The notes under the pieces are model-generated. The model searched no databases, was not told the DNA's origin, and saw nothing but the letters and a program-made list of their open reading frames with translations. From the human T2T-CHM13v2.0 reference genome, Homo sapiens, in NCBI RefSeq assembly GCF_009914755.1, contig NC_060937.1: a stretch of DNA of 64,000 nt; one strand, given 5' to 3'. Shown piece after piece: positions 31,446 to 46,015 of the stretch. How positions within the stretch are numbered: the first letter of the stretch is position 1; the number at the start of each line of letters is the position of its first letter. The translations under genes were made by a program, and so were the position numbers.

Positions 31446-33485
31446 GAAGTCCTGGACAGAGCATTCAGGCAAGAGAAAGATTTGATAAAAGGTATCCAAA
31501 TAGGAAAAGAAGTCAAATGATCTCTCTTTGCTGACAATATAATTCTACACATAGAAAAGCCTAAAGACTCCACCAAAGGCTCCTGGAACTGACAAACTAA
31601 TTCAGTTAAATTTCAGGATATAAAGTCAATGTACAAAAATCAGTAGCAGTCCTATACAGCTATAACATTCTAGCTGAGAACCAAATTAAGAACACAATCC
31701 CATTTACAATACCCACAAAAAAAAAAAAATGAATTACCTAGGAATTCATCTAACCAAATAGGTCAAAGATCTCTGCAGAGAGAACTACAAAACACTGCTG
31801 AAAGAAATCAGAGATGAAACAAATAAATGGAAAAACATATTAAGACCATGCTCATGGATTGGAAGAATCAATATTGTTAAAATGATGATACTGCCCAAAG
31901 CAACATACAGATTCAGTGCTATCCCTATCAAAATACTAACGCTGTTTTTCACAGAATTAGAAAAATCTATTCTAAAATTCATGTGGAACCAAAAAAAAGC
32001 CTGAATAGCCAAAGCAATCCTAATCGAAAAGAACAAAGCCAGAGGCATCACATTACCTGACTTCGAACTATACTTTAAGGCTACAGTTACCCAAACAGCA
32101 CGGTACTGGTACAAAAAAAGATACACAGACCAACAGAATAGCATACAGAACCCAGAAATAAACCTGCATATCTACAACCATCTGATCTTCAACAAAATCA
32201 ACAAAAATATGCAATGGGGAAAGGACTTCCTGTTCAATAAATGGTGCTGGGATAACTGGCTAGCCATATGCAGAAGAATGAAACTGGACTCCTACCTCTC
32301 AGCATAACCAAACATTAACCCAACATGGATTAAAGATTTAAATTTAAGACCTCAAATTATAAAATTCCTAGAAGAAAACCTAGGAAATCCCTTCTCAACA
32401 TTGGCTTTGGCAAAGAATTTATGGCTAAGTTCCTAAAAGCAGTTGCAACAAAAACAAAAATTGACATGTGGGACCTAATTAAAACTAAAGAGCTTCTGCA
32501 GAGCAAAAGAAACTATCAACAGGGTAAACAGACAGCCTACAGAATGGGAGAAAATATTCACAAACTATGCATCTGACCAAGGTCTAATACCCAGAATCTA
32601 CAAGCAAAAACAAATCAACAAGCAAAAAATAAATAAAGCAATTTAAAAATGAGCAAAGGACAGGAACAGACACTTCTCAAAATAAGATGTACAAGTGGCC
32701 AACAAACATGAAAAAAAGCTCATCACTAATCATCAGAGAAATGCAAATCAAAACTACAGTGAGATACCATCCCATACCAGTCAGAATGGCGATTATTAAA
32801 AAGTCAAAAAATATGATGCTGGTGAGGCTGCAGAGAAAAGGAATCACATATACACAATGGTGGGAATACAAACTAGTTCAGTCACTGTGGAAAGAAGCCT
32901 GGAGATTTCTCAAAAAAGTTATAATAGAACTTCCATTTGAGCTAGCAACTCACTACTGGGTATATACCCAAAAGAAAATAATCCATTCTATCAAAAAGAC
33001 ACATGTACTTATTAGTTCATTGCAACACTATTCACAATAGCAGAGATGTGGACTCAATTTAGTTGCCCTTCGACAGTGGTTTGGATAAAGACAAGGTAGT
33101 ACATATGCACTATGGAATACACTGCAGCCACACAAAAGTGAAATAATGTCCTTGTAGCAACATAGACTGAGCTGAAGATCATTATCCTAAGCTAATTAAT
33201 GCAACAGAAAACCAAATACAATATGATCTCACTTATAAATGGGAGCTAAACATTGAATACACATAGACATAAATATGGGAACAACAGACACTGGGAACTA
33301 CCAGATGGGAGAGGGAGGGAGGGAAGAGGGGATGGGTTGAAAAAGCCACCTACTGGGTACTATGCTCACTACCTGGAGGACAATATCATTTGTCTCCCAA
33401 ACCTCAGCATCACACAATATACCTATGTAACAAACCTGCACATGTACCCTTTCATCTATAATAAAAATTGAAATTATTTAAAAAT
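31446..33485 (+). mobile_element. 5'-truncated L1PA15-17-like LINE-1
   Basis: Starts in ORF2 (gaagtcctggacagagcattcaggcaagag); 3'UTR ggttgaaaaa...gggtactatgctcactacctgg...aacctgcacatgtaccc; TSD aagaatgctcaag (31433-31445) / aagaatgcacaag (33806-33818). Confidence 0.9.
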
Positions 33486-33494
33486 TGGAATCAT

Positions 33495-33601
33495 CTCGGG
33501 AGGCTGAGGCAGGAGAATGTTGTGAACCCAGGAGGCGGAGCTTGCAGTGAGCCGAGATAGTGCCACTGCACTCCAGCCTGGGAGACAAAGCAAGACTCCG
33601 T

Positions 33602-33630
<29 letters not shown>
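33495..33630 (+). mobile_element. 5'-truncated AluY (right arm only)
   Basis: ggcggagcttgcagtgagccgag diagnostic; TSD aaaaattggaatcat / aaaaattagaatcat. Confidence 0.93.
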
Positions 33631-33633
<3 letters not shown>

Positions 33634-34221
33634 GAATCATAATAAAGCTGTTAAAATAGCTTAGGAATAACGATATAATGTTGCTGTTGGACCCTTCAAA
33701 CAAGACTTTGTTATATATTCCCCCTTGTGCAGGTATTCTACTGTGTCCTTTAGTAGTATTTTTAAATTTTCTTCATAAAGGTTTTACACATTTATAGTTT
33801 TAAAAAAGAATGCACAAGATCTCTATGGAGAAACTTTAAAAACTACATTAAGATCAGATACAATGGACGAGATGAATTAACCAAGAAATATTCCATACAT
33901 AGGAAAAAATTATCGTCATCCTGTAATTTATTTTTCCTACCACTATTCTTCTCCATCTCTCAAGGAGGCAACTGATTTATCCCCTGAAGGCTCAGGGCCT
34001 GATTCCAAGCTGATCTAGATGTAAGACAATCAGCATTTTAATTCCCACTGGCAACCATTCCCTGAAGGTCTGGAGCTAGTTACTCTTCTAAGTATTTGTT
34101 TCCACAAAGCTTCTTAAGCCTCTTCTATTACTGCCTATTAGAAGTCAGGTGTCCTTCAGCAGTGTTAACTGTGTTTTTATACCTACCACTGAGTTGTAGT
34201 ACTCCATATATATTCATTCAA

Positions 34222-34222
<1 letters not shown>

Positions 34223-34273
<51 letters not shown>
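34223..34273. repeat. (CA)n microsatellite
   Basis: About 25 AC units. Confidence 0.98.
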
Positions 34274-34274
<1 letters not shown>

Positions 34275-35447
34275 AGCAATCGCACATTCAAGGTTAGGTG
34301 TGGGCTTTGGTTTCTGTGACTCTGTCTTGCTCTAGCCTGCCCTTCTGCCTGGTTGCTGGAGCTGCTCAATGCAGCGCCTGGGCATTCAGGCTCCCCCTGA
34401 ATCATCTACATCCCAGTGGTCATAATCAATGCTGTGGCTGGAAAGATGAGAGATAAGAAGATCACACGCGAAATTCTAGAAACCAGAAATGCACCAAGTC
34501 TTATGGCACTCATAGACAAAACACCTGATTAATCCCTCATTTCAACACAAGATATCCAAAGGAACTAACCACCAGAGAACCCTAACGTAGCGCACCAAGT
34601 GTGGACAGTCTCGGAACATGCAATGGAGCACCACAACCCTAAAAAGACTGGCCAAAATCCTGAAAAAGCTTGCCACACCTTTTGGCTATGGAGCTTTTTG
34701 CCTAAGGGGCCATGCCTGCACCCAAGCTCTAGCCTGTCCAAATGAATGAGTCTCTTGTCCAATTCTGACCTTCTGTTTAAGACTTCTAGAGAAGGTATCA
34801 GACCTCATATCCTATTTCTGAGACACGATAACAGCAACATTTGTAAATCTGCTGGAATTCTCACATGTAAAGAAAATAACCTACAGCAGGTTCACCTAAT
34901 CCTCTCTTCAAGCAGATATATTTTTAAAAATTCAAGATGTATATCTTTAACTGTAATCATTCTAAAAATAAGACAGAGAACAGTGTTTCATTTTGAAGGG
35001 AAATTGTCTAAAATTAATATAAATTACGTTATTATTGAAAAATCACATATGTAAGTCTGACGTTTCTCTCAGGACTGTGCTTGCAGACTTATAGATCCCA
35101 TGCAATATAAATAAGAAAGCAATGATCTTATTCAATTTTCTTGTGCCACACAAGTAAATGTTCTATAAACACACTACATTCTCTTTGATAAGGCAGCCCT
35201 GGACTAGGGCTGCTCCCTGAACCTACCAGTTTCTGTACTTCCATCTCTCAGTGACTTCGCACAAGTTTTCCTTCATACGGAAGCCCGTTCAATGCCTCTC
35301 TCTATCATTTCCTTCCTCAATGGCTACTCAAAATCACCTCCTTGAAAGTTTGCCCACTCTTCCCAGGTGCCCAAGCCCTTTGAGCTGTCTCAATTATAGC
35401 TCAGCTTCCATTTGCTTTGAATTGGACTTACCTTTTTCTCTACTACT

Positions 35448-36702
<1,255 letters not shown>

Positions 36703-36977
36703 CCACTGAGACATCAGTCCCTGGAGCACAGGGACTCTGCTTCATGCATGGCTCTCTAACTGCAGCACCTAGGCTATTGCTTTATGTTCATTCAGTGCTC
36801 AGTAAACACTTGTTAAACATAGAATGTGGTGTATAAGGACGAAAGATCTTAGGGTCCCAAGCTAGGAAGACAATAACCCTGCTCTCGACTCTGTTAAACA
36901 GACCACACCTGGGGTACAATGTCCAGTTCTCAGGGCCACCTTTGAACAGGAATGTAGAGAAGAACTCATCAAAAGAT

Positions 36978-37150
36978 ACTGGGTTCAAATTATTTCATCA
37001 GCTTATTAGCTATATAACCAAACAGAAATTGGATTAGCCTTTGTGATCCTCAGTGTTCTTTTTTGCAAAATAGGGATAAAAGGGTATTTAAAAAGACAAT
37101 GTAAGTGAAAGCATTTTGCAAATTCCATTGCTTTATACACATGTTAGTTA
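36978..37150 (+). mobile_element. MIR
   Basis: ctgggttcaaat...cttattagct...cctcagtgttctt...caaaataggg...gtaagtgaaagcattttg. Confidence 0.7.
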
Positions 37151-37519
37151 TTATGATCCTAACTGGAAGGTGTCTGTAGGAAATTAACTGGAATGATGAG
37201 ATGGCATAACAGCAGGGCCTTAGGCAACAGAGAGGATCTAAGAGGAATACAGCCACTGACTTCTAACAGTTAAATGTTCACAGAGGGATGTAGGTTTAAG
37301 AGTGACCAGTGAGAGCACAGTAAAAACCTCTGGGAAGAAATGTATAATAAGGCAGGAAAGGAGCATGAGGAAAAATTTCCAAAGAAGTAAATGTGGGCCT
37401 GCCTGAGGATACAGTAAGTTCCCTGTCCTTTGAGAGTACAGGACTACCTAAGATTTTAAGAAACATGTAACATCAGATAACAACTGGACATAAAATAATA
37501 ACCATAATGATGGTGGTAG

Positions 37520-37715
37520 ATATTGTTTATTGGTGCATCCTAAATACCAGACATGATGACAGGGACTTTACATACATTATTTTTTAAAATCATAACAAAT
37601 CCATAAAGTGGGTAAAATTACTCTTATCACTGTTATTATTACTCTAAAGGTAAAAAAAAAATAGGTTAAGTAATTTATCCAAGATCACAAAGCCAACCAC
37701 CTTCCACTGAATTCA
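37520..37715 (-). mobile_element. MIR
   Basis: tttattgg...ctttacatacattat...ggttaagtaatttatccaagatcaca. Confidence 0.7.
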
Positions 37716-38696
37716 AAGTCAATATTGAACATTTATCTGGCTGCTAAAAGAAATAATAATGATTACAAATCCCAGGTCTATTTGTTAAAGACTCCCAAAA
37801 TGGCATCCTCAATTTCACACAAACATGACAATAATCATCTGAATCATGAAGAAATCTAAAAGATATACCAAGAAAATTACATCATCATAAAACAGAACTT
37901 TAAAAATATCAAGGAGACAAAAGGTTTTCCTCCTAGGGCACCAACACAGTTTGTGAGTTCCTAGCCCTTCCCAAACTGTCCCCACACCTTAAGAAACACT
38001 AGGGGCTCTAGAGCTCTCTCTCTACACAAAGGATTCCTGAACACAGATCTTAGGCCCCGCCTTGGCAGAGCAAGTGGGAGCCTGGGCCTGCAGACAGCAC
38101 TTTTGTCCCATTTGAAGATATACTATATAGCTTTTTATATTTAAGCATCTTGAAAATCACTCTAGGAAAGCCATATTTGGGCACTTAGAAGTATAGCAGG
38201 TGTGAAATTATCTCTTGGTGGGACACTGCTCACTTCCCCACCACTTAAGCCCAGAACGTGATTAAAACCAAAATCTGTAAAAGCAAAGCTGTGACATTCA
38301 TTTAACATTTCCATTGTCAAAAAAATTACTCAGGAGCCTTGTAAGTACTCTGTATTCTACCTGTTAGGATTGTTTTGAAATGACATCACCACAAATTTCA
38401 ACTGAAAATTAAGAATTGGAAGACAGCCGACTCTATCCGCTATTCCTAAAAGCACTTCAAACTCTTAATCTTCTTATATTCATTTCAAGTAGGTAACAAA
38501 GCACTCCATGAGTACAAATGCATTTTAACAGACTTTTGCCAATGCCAAGACAATGTGAGAGTCACTGAAGATACTCAAAATTTAAAAGTGGGTTTATATC
38601 ACACTATAAATGGGACCCAAGACACTTTCTGTCCAGGTGTTGCTATACTTCAAATTGGTGGTGGCATTTTAACCATCTATACAAATGCCTGAATCT

Positions 38697-38722
38697 ACAC
38701 ACACACACACACACACATACAC
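38697..38722. repeat. Short (CA)n microsatellite
   Basis: Visible AC run. Confidence 0.9.
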
Positions 38723-40607
38723 ATGACAGGAAGAATTGCACCAAACCTTTAAGCTGTAGAAAAAAAAGAAAATGAGACTCCAGAATATTTCATTAAGATA
38801 AAAATGTTAGGATAAAAATGTCCAAACACAAGCTTTGCTACTGAAAACAGTTATTCTGGGATATCTGATCAGCCGTACAACACCTTATCTCTTCACATCA
38901 CTAGGGTAGTTTTTATATTTGAAACCACATCATAAATTATACTGTAATACCTATCTGCCTCAAACACAGTAGAAAAACACCTACACAGCATAAATCATAC
39001 ATGACATCACATTAGGTCTTTTAAATAATGTTGTGAACACCAGGAAAATATTCCAGAAATCCATTTTTCATGCTCTTTCTTTTAACTACTACCCAAATAG
39101 AAGTGTCTACTTTGCCTCTCCACCAGTCCTTTTCAGTTAAATAAATCAAATATATACAAAGGACTTCTCATGCATGAAAGGTACCACATGTTTCTACACA
39201 AATAGGAGTGGCATATCTATCCTCCCTAGGACACAGAATGCTGAGTTCAAGCAGGCCTGGTCTGTCTTCTATGTGCTCTACCTCTTAGAGGTCTGACACT
39301 GCTTCTCTTTGTGTCTACATTTTGTTTGAACAGTACCTCCAACACATGGAATGAAAGGACGGGGAGGGAATTCTCCTAGCACCTATGCATCCCTCACTCC
39401 TTGGCAACACTATCTTACCACATTGATAAAATAATCTATTTGCCTGTACCTATGCACAAGGACCATTTTACTCATTTGCGTATCTTCCCTGATTAGCAGG
39501 ATAGTAGAAACAATTAACACCAAATCCATAAGTGTAGATTAAACAAAAACCAGTCAAGTTTGCCTTTGTATTGTAACTCTGGTAATAGGTTTTAGAGGAA
39601 ATTCAACTAAAAAGGAAAATGAACTTAAAGAGTCTGGATTTTTTTCCTAATCCATAGTTATCTAATTCACCCTTTCTCAAAAGAAGGCTCTCTCTTTCTT
39701 CCTCTTTATCGGCTCTTGCCTGTCTTTCCCTTTCTCCAGTTCTCTCTCACACACAGCTTGTATCTAAAGCTATGCAAGAAATACATTTTATACTAGTGAT
39801 TTGGTCAGTGTTACCCTGCTTCATCTTGCTATGAATGCAGTATATATGAGATAAGTACAAAAGAAAGAGTATCTAACTCTCTTATTTTCATCATGACCCA
39901 CTGGGACAAGGGGAGAGAGAGGGCACAGCTGCCTCCACGGAATACCCTGTTATTGGGCATGACAAAGCCAAGGTATGGTTCTCTGGCATACCTGGAATTC
40001 AGACATGATTACATGGATATATGTCTCACTTTCCTTGATTATTAAGTTGTAACTCTAGAGTATTTGACCAGCAGGAAAGGATAAGCTTTTTCTGATGGGT
40101 ATTTAAAAAGAAGGGTAGAATCATTTTACTTTTAAATCCTGCTTTTAAGAGGAAACCAAATAGGGTCTCCCTTCCCACTGGTTGAGCAACTACCAGCCAA
40201 TCACTCTGAGCCAAATGCAATGACTACAAAAGACCTTGGTTCCCTGAAATGCTTGAAGGTTAAGGGATTACAATATGACTAACTGGACCTTTATAATCGT
40301 AGCCAAGCTGAAGAATACAGGCCTCAGAGCTCACCAAGTAGTAGTGTTATTCTTTTGTTGTAAAGGGACTTAAACAGAGGGACCTAAAGAGTTAAAACAG
40401 TATCAGCCAAAGTCTGCTCCTCTCCGAGACAAGGACAAGAGCTGGATGCATGAATTTTATAAATAAGAGCATATCTTCGACTCCTGTGTCAAATTTAACT
40501 GCCACAAGTATGAAATTTCTGCAAGAAAAGTGACTGCTACTCTTTGCTGTTTTCATTTCTAAAGCCACTTTCTTCCCTGACCAGCTAGAAGCCACTTAGA
40601 TAGTTTT

Positions 40608-41010
<403 letters not shown>

Positions 41011-41139
41011 TTATACAACAAAGGAACAAAAAATAAAGTGTGATCATAAAATTAAAACATAAATCCACAATAAAGAATACACCAAAAAAACAAAACTTTA
41101 AAGTTTTAAACTCTGACTTTTGTTATGAAATTTTTCATC

Positions 41140-41440
41140 TTTTTTTTTTTTTTTTTGAGATGGAGTTTCGCTCTGTTGCCCAGGCTTGAGTGTGCAGTGG
41201 TGTGATCTTGGCTCACTGCAACCTCCGCCTCCCAGATTCAAGTGATTCTCCTGTCTCAGCCTCCTGAGTAGCTGGTATTATAGGCGTGCATCACTACACC
41301 TAGCTAATTTTTGTATTTTTAGTAGAGACAGGGTTTCACCATGTTGACCAGGCTGGTCTCAAACTCCTGACCTCAAGTGATCTGCCTGCTTAGTCCTCCC
41401 AAAGTGCTGGGATTATAGGCATAAGCCACCACGCCCAGCC
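41140..41440 (-). mobile_element. AluS (Sz/Sx-like)
   Basis: Full Alu; TSD-like tcatcttt / tcatgttt. Confidence 0.96.
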
Positions 41441-41638
41441 TCATGTTTCAACTTTAATCATTCATTGACCACTCTATTATCTGCATGAGCTTTAAAAAAT
41501 GAACTGTTGGAGAACACCTAACTCACTCAACAAATACACACATGCCTGAAGGAGAAGAATTGGCCTCGATGGGCAACGTAGAAATTCTCCTAGGATTAGA
41601 GTTCAGCTCTAAAGGAGGAAACTGAAGAAACGCATTGA

Positions 41639-41950
<312 letters not shown>

Positions 41951-43984
41951 TGCATGGATTTTTGTCTCAAATCCAAAGTGATGCACCGAAGAACACCCTG
42001 CACTTCTTAGTGTTTGTTCTCTCCTTCATGGGTGCTGGTACTGAATTTCCAGCTCTTTCACGGGGCACTTCTCACCATCTCAGACTCCAGAGCAAAGGCA
42101 GATGTCCCCCAAATGAGGTTAACAGACTCCAGTTACATTCTTTTTTAAAACCATCCTGCAGCTAATTCCTTAACACATGTTAAACCAGGTGGGAATAAGA
42201 GACCAACATCTTCCTCTAGACTCAGCAATAATGGGTCCCCTCCACCCCCAGTTGAAGTTCTGCTTTGCAAGGATACCCCAAGTTGTACTGTTCATCACTC
42301 TTAGCAGACAACTTAGACATAGATAAAAATGAACGGAATCCATGTTCTTCTCTATTTGGCTGGCAGACAACAGAACTAGGCCATCCTTACAATGTTGTTC
42401 CAGAAAGTTTGTTTTAGGCATGGGGTTCCTGCTGTCAGTTGGCTTTCTATGAGGAAAACTGGGATGGATAAAGATGGTGCTGAAGTCCATGTATGGTTGC
42501 TGTTGGGGCCGCGGGTAGACAGAAAGGGCCAGGCAGGATGGAGAGGGAGCTTATAAATTAGATCTTACATTAAATGGCTAAGTAAAAGAGATAATTAGGC
42601 AACTCCTCTCTATTCTCCCCTCTACCCCACTTTTCCCTACTGCCCCCACCTCTAAATAAATGTATAGAACCATTTGAAAAATATTAACAACTTTGAGTGG
42701 TTTTTAAAATACCTTTGGCTACTAATATTATTGCCATTAACATTATGCATTTGCTTATTGATACTTTCATTTTAAAGAAGTCAAAGTTTTAAAAAGGCTA
42801 ATTTTAGATCCAAAACAACCATATTAACACATCTGGTATAAACAATACTGAGAATTCATAACAAGAAATTATTTTAAGTTAACAAAAGCTTCCCCAACGC
42901 TATTTTCTACTATAGAAAATATGCAATAGTTTAATGTACTAAAGGCCATGGCAGCAGCTGCCAGAATTTAATACCCCTTGGGCTTTTATAAATCCAATTT
43001 CCCTTCCTCTTATTCTCCTTTGCTCTTTTCTTTTTATCTTTCTTTTCCTTCTTCTCTGGAGAGAGGTGAAAAAACAGAAATGAGGTGGGGTTAGGGCAAG
43101 TGACCTGTGAATCAAACCAGGTCACATTCCCACAAGTCAGAGAACCTTCTTTTTCTTGAACAGTCCTTGGAGTAAAAGAAAAAGTGAAAACCTCAAAATC
43201 GTTAAGTCTTAGTTCCATTCTCTTGCCTAATGTGAGATCAAAGTTAATCTAAACAAAATAGCAGCACTTGTCAGTTAAAGATTTTGAGGGGAGAAAAAAC
43301 CATTTATTTCTTTCCATATCATACCCATTTTCCAGGCCCTTTTACACTGCAAGAATTCATGGGGTGTTAATGCACATCTAAGTCCACCACAGTACTACTC
43401 ATCTCTCTGGCATTTAATACCCTATCCCCTCAGTGAACATTTAGAGAGCTTGGGCAAATAGATCATTGTTTCCCAAAATGTGCACTGAGACCGAGGGCTC
43501 TCTGGGATGGTAATAGATTCTGAAGAAAATAAGCATCTCATAAATTCACTTGGGAACTGCTGTGTCTAAAAAAAACAAAACCATATTTGTTTACAGCAGA
43601 ACTTCTTGGAGACTGGGAGATGCACTGGGAATTTCTAAGAGGGGGATATAGTAAGTAGTATTTCCCAAGACTTAGCTGACAACTAACTCCTTTGGGGTGA
43701 GATGTCACTAACCTTTGTTCTATAAAACACAAGCTGGAGAAAAAATTGACCACATATCTACAATTCAACCATGCGTATTTGTGAAATATTTTCTCTGAAT
43801 TACGTTAAATGGCAAATCAAAATATGGAAAGTATCATTAAGAATCTGACTGACTGGGAAAGAAAGACTGGGAGAAAATTTCTGCCCTTTCTTTGGCTAGC
43901 TAAGCTTCTGATGTGTTCTTTCTCAGCTGTATTCATTTGATCAATAATAATAACCACCACAAAAACCACTTAGTTCCGTACCTT

Positions 43985-44085
43985 TGTTTTGCACATGAGA
44001 AAACTGAGGCCCAAAAAAGTTATCTGCTTTGCCTGAGGTCATTCAGTGAGAAAGTGGCAGAATATGGAACAGAAAATTCAATGTT
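43985..44085 (-). mobile_element. MIR core fragment
   Basis: catgagaaaactgaggccca...tttgcctgaggtca...agtggcaga. Confidence 0.75.
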
Positions 44086-44779
44086 CCACAATCCAACATT
44101 CCCTGAAATTATGTTTACCCAATATGTACTCTGGATGTAATTATATATGTCAAGATAATGTATAAGAGCTAAATAAGTATCTATTTAACTCAGATTACAC
44201 CATTCTTCTGATTAAGTTATAGTAAAGCCTATTAATTTCTACTCTGCAAAATTGGCATTTGTGATAATTCAGCTAGGTCTAGGTAAACGTGTCTCTTGTA
44301 TTATTTATGAAGAAGGAATATGTCTAATATAAACACAAGTAGCACAGGAAACACTTAATTCATATACGACAGACAAAAAAAATGATTTGGAAACATCTTA
44401 ACAGTAACCCACCAAGAACTGAGTTTTTAATCTACTTTTCATCTATTTATTAAAACATTTTTGTAATGTTTTGTTGTGGTACTTAAATCTTGAAAAATAA
44501 ATTGGCACTAGAAATAGTAACAGCAGCCTTGGGTTAACATGTGCATTCTCTACCATCTCTCCCCATCAACCCCTAGAAGTCAATGTTTTGTTCCAAGTGG
44601 AATTAAGTTTTAAAAGTTAATATATTAAAGGAAACTACAAAAGGAAGCAGATGACAGAACAATAGGCTGAAAACAATAATGCCTCTCTGATGGAGGAGTA
44701 TACCTTTGTCTTTATTGACAGAAAGTCAACTTTGTAAGCTAAAGCTGGGTGTGTAAACGGCCTTCTCCCCTGCACTGGA

Positions 44780-44826
44780 TCTCTGTACCATTCCAATTTT
44801 AGTATATGTGCTGCCAAAGTGAGCAC
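44780..44826 (-). pseudogene. 3'-truncated, tailless U6 snRNA retropseudogene (U6 nt 1 to about 47)
   Basis: Reverse complement gtgctcactttggcagcacatatactaaaattggaatggtacagaga matches the U6 5' end; perfect direct repeat tgcactggatctct at 44771-44784 and 44827-44840. Confidence 0.95.
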
Positions 44827-44849
44827 TGCACTGGATCTCTTCTTGAGTT

Positions 44850-45030
44850 ACCACCCACTCTGTGGGGGACATCTCCTCTGCTCCTACTCTGGGAGAACTT
44901 CCCATTCATTTCTGGGAGAGATCCCTCCCCTCTCTCCAGAGGATCCCCACTCTATCTGCGGAAGATCTCCTCCACCCTGTGGGGGATCCTCATCACTCTC
45001 AGGGGCATTCCCTCTCACCCATGGGGGATA
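44850..45030. repeat. Degenerate minisatellite with about 20-25-bp units
   Basis: Recurrent ccactctg(t)ggggga(tc)tcct-like units, about 8 copies. Confidence 0.55.
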
Positions 45031-46015
45031 GGAGCAATCTCTTCTACTCTCACAATTTTTCTACCATCCATATGTTAATGACTCCTAAATCCTTTGCTGT
45101 AGTTGGCTACCTTAAATACTTCTGTAGGGGAGGAGCAAAGAAAATAAAGGAGAGGAAGAAAGGTGGTATCTCTAGGGCTGACCTCACACCAGAGCACTAT
45201 TTATGCCCTACCAGCATATCTAATTAACCTTCTTCTCATCTTTGTCCCTAAACCTTATTCTCCACTTCTATTCTCAATCTGTTGTTAGCACCAGCCATCC
45301 ACCAGATAGCCAAACAAGGACTTGGGGGTTCATTCTATATTTCTCAATTGCCCTGAGAACCTACATCCGATCACTCTCCAAAGTCTGCTTCTTTTACCAA
45401 CAAGATTTTAATAATTCTTCTGTTTTGCCTGGAGAAATCAATAAGTCTCCTACCTGGTCTGCATGGCTCTGGCTTTGTTCCACCCTCAAAACCATGCTCA
45501 AATCAAGAAATCCCCAGAAGTCCCTGTAAAACATCATACTGGCTCCATCACATTCTTGCCTAACACCCTTCAGTAGTACCATGTCACATACAGGACAAAG
45601 CCCAAACTCCCTAGCACAGGTTCCCATCTAGTGTCTGCCCACAGCCCAGCCTCACTGTCATGACGCACACTCTGTGTGATCCAGGAACTACTTGCAGCTC
45701 CCTGCAATGTCTGTGCAGCTTCTGACCTGTGTGTTTTTGCTCCAGCTGTTCCTTCATCCTCACCCTCATTCCGCAGGACTCAGCTCAGGCCTCAGCTCCT
45801 CCAGGAAGCATTTCCTGTCATCTGGGATAGTCTAGCTATTCATTCTCAGCACTCCTATGATACCCTGCAGCAGCTGCTGCTCTTTAACATTGCTCCCCAA
45901 CTCTTTCTTCATGATGTGTCTCATCCTTGGGGGCAGAGGCAGTTTCTTACTCATCTGCGTATACCCAGTTCCTATTACATAATGTATGCCAAATAAATGT
46001 CTACTGAATGAATAA
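45030..46015 (+). mobile_element. L2 3' region
   Basis: taccatccatatgttaatgactcctaaat; ggacaaagcccaaactcc; ctcctccaggaagc; aataaatgtctactgaatgaat tail. Confidence 0.75.

Noticed and set aside
33740-33855. Apparent fold-back similarity across the L1PA15-17 3' TSD
   Set aside because: Best explained as an antisense old-L1 fragment inside the transduced DNA that resembles the host L1M; similarity is low.
43455-43760. Possible hAT/MER fragment
   Set aside because: Only weak tttcccaa-type end motifs; no confident assignment.
44850-45030. CRISPR-like repeat-spacer array
   Set aside because: Eukaryotic DNA, degenerate units, no unique spacers and no cas genes.
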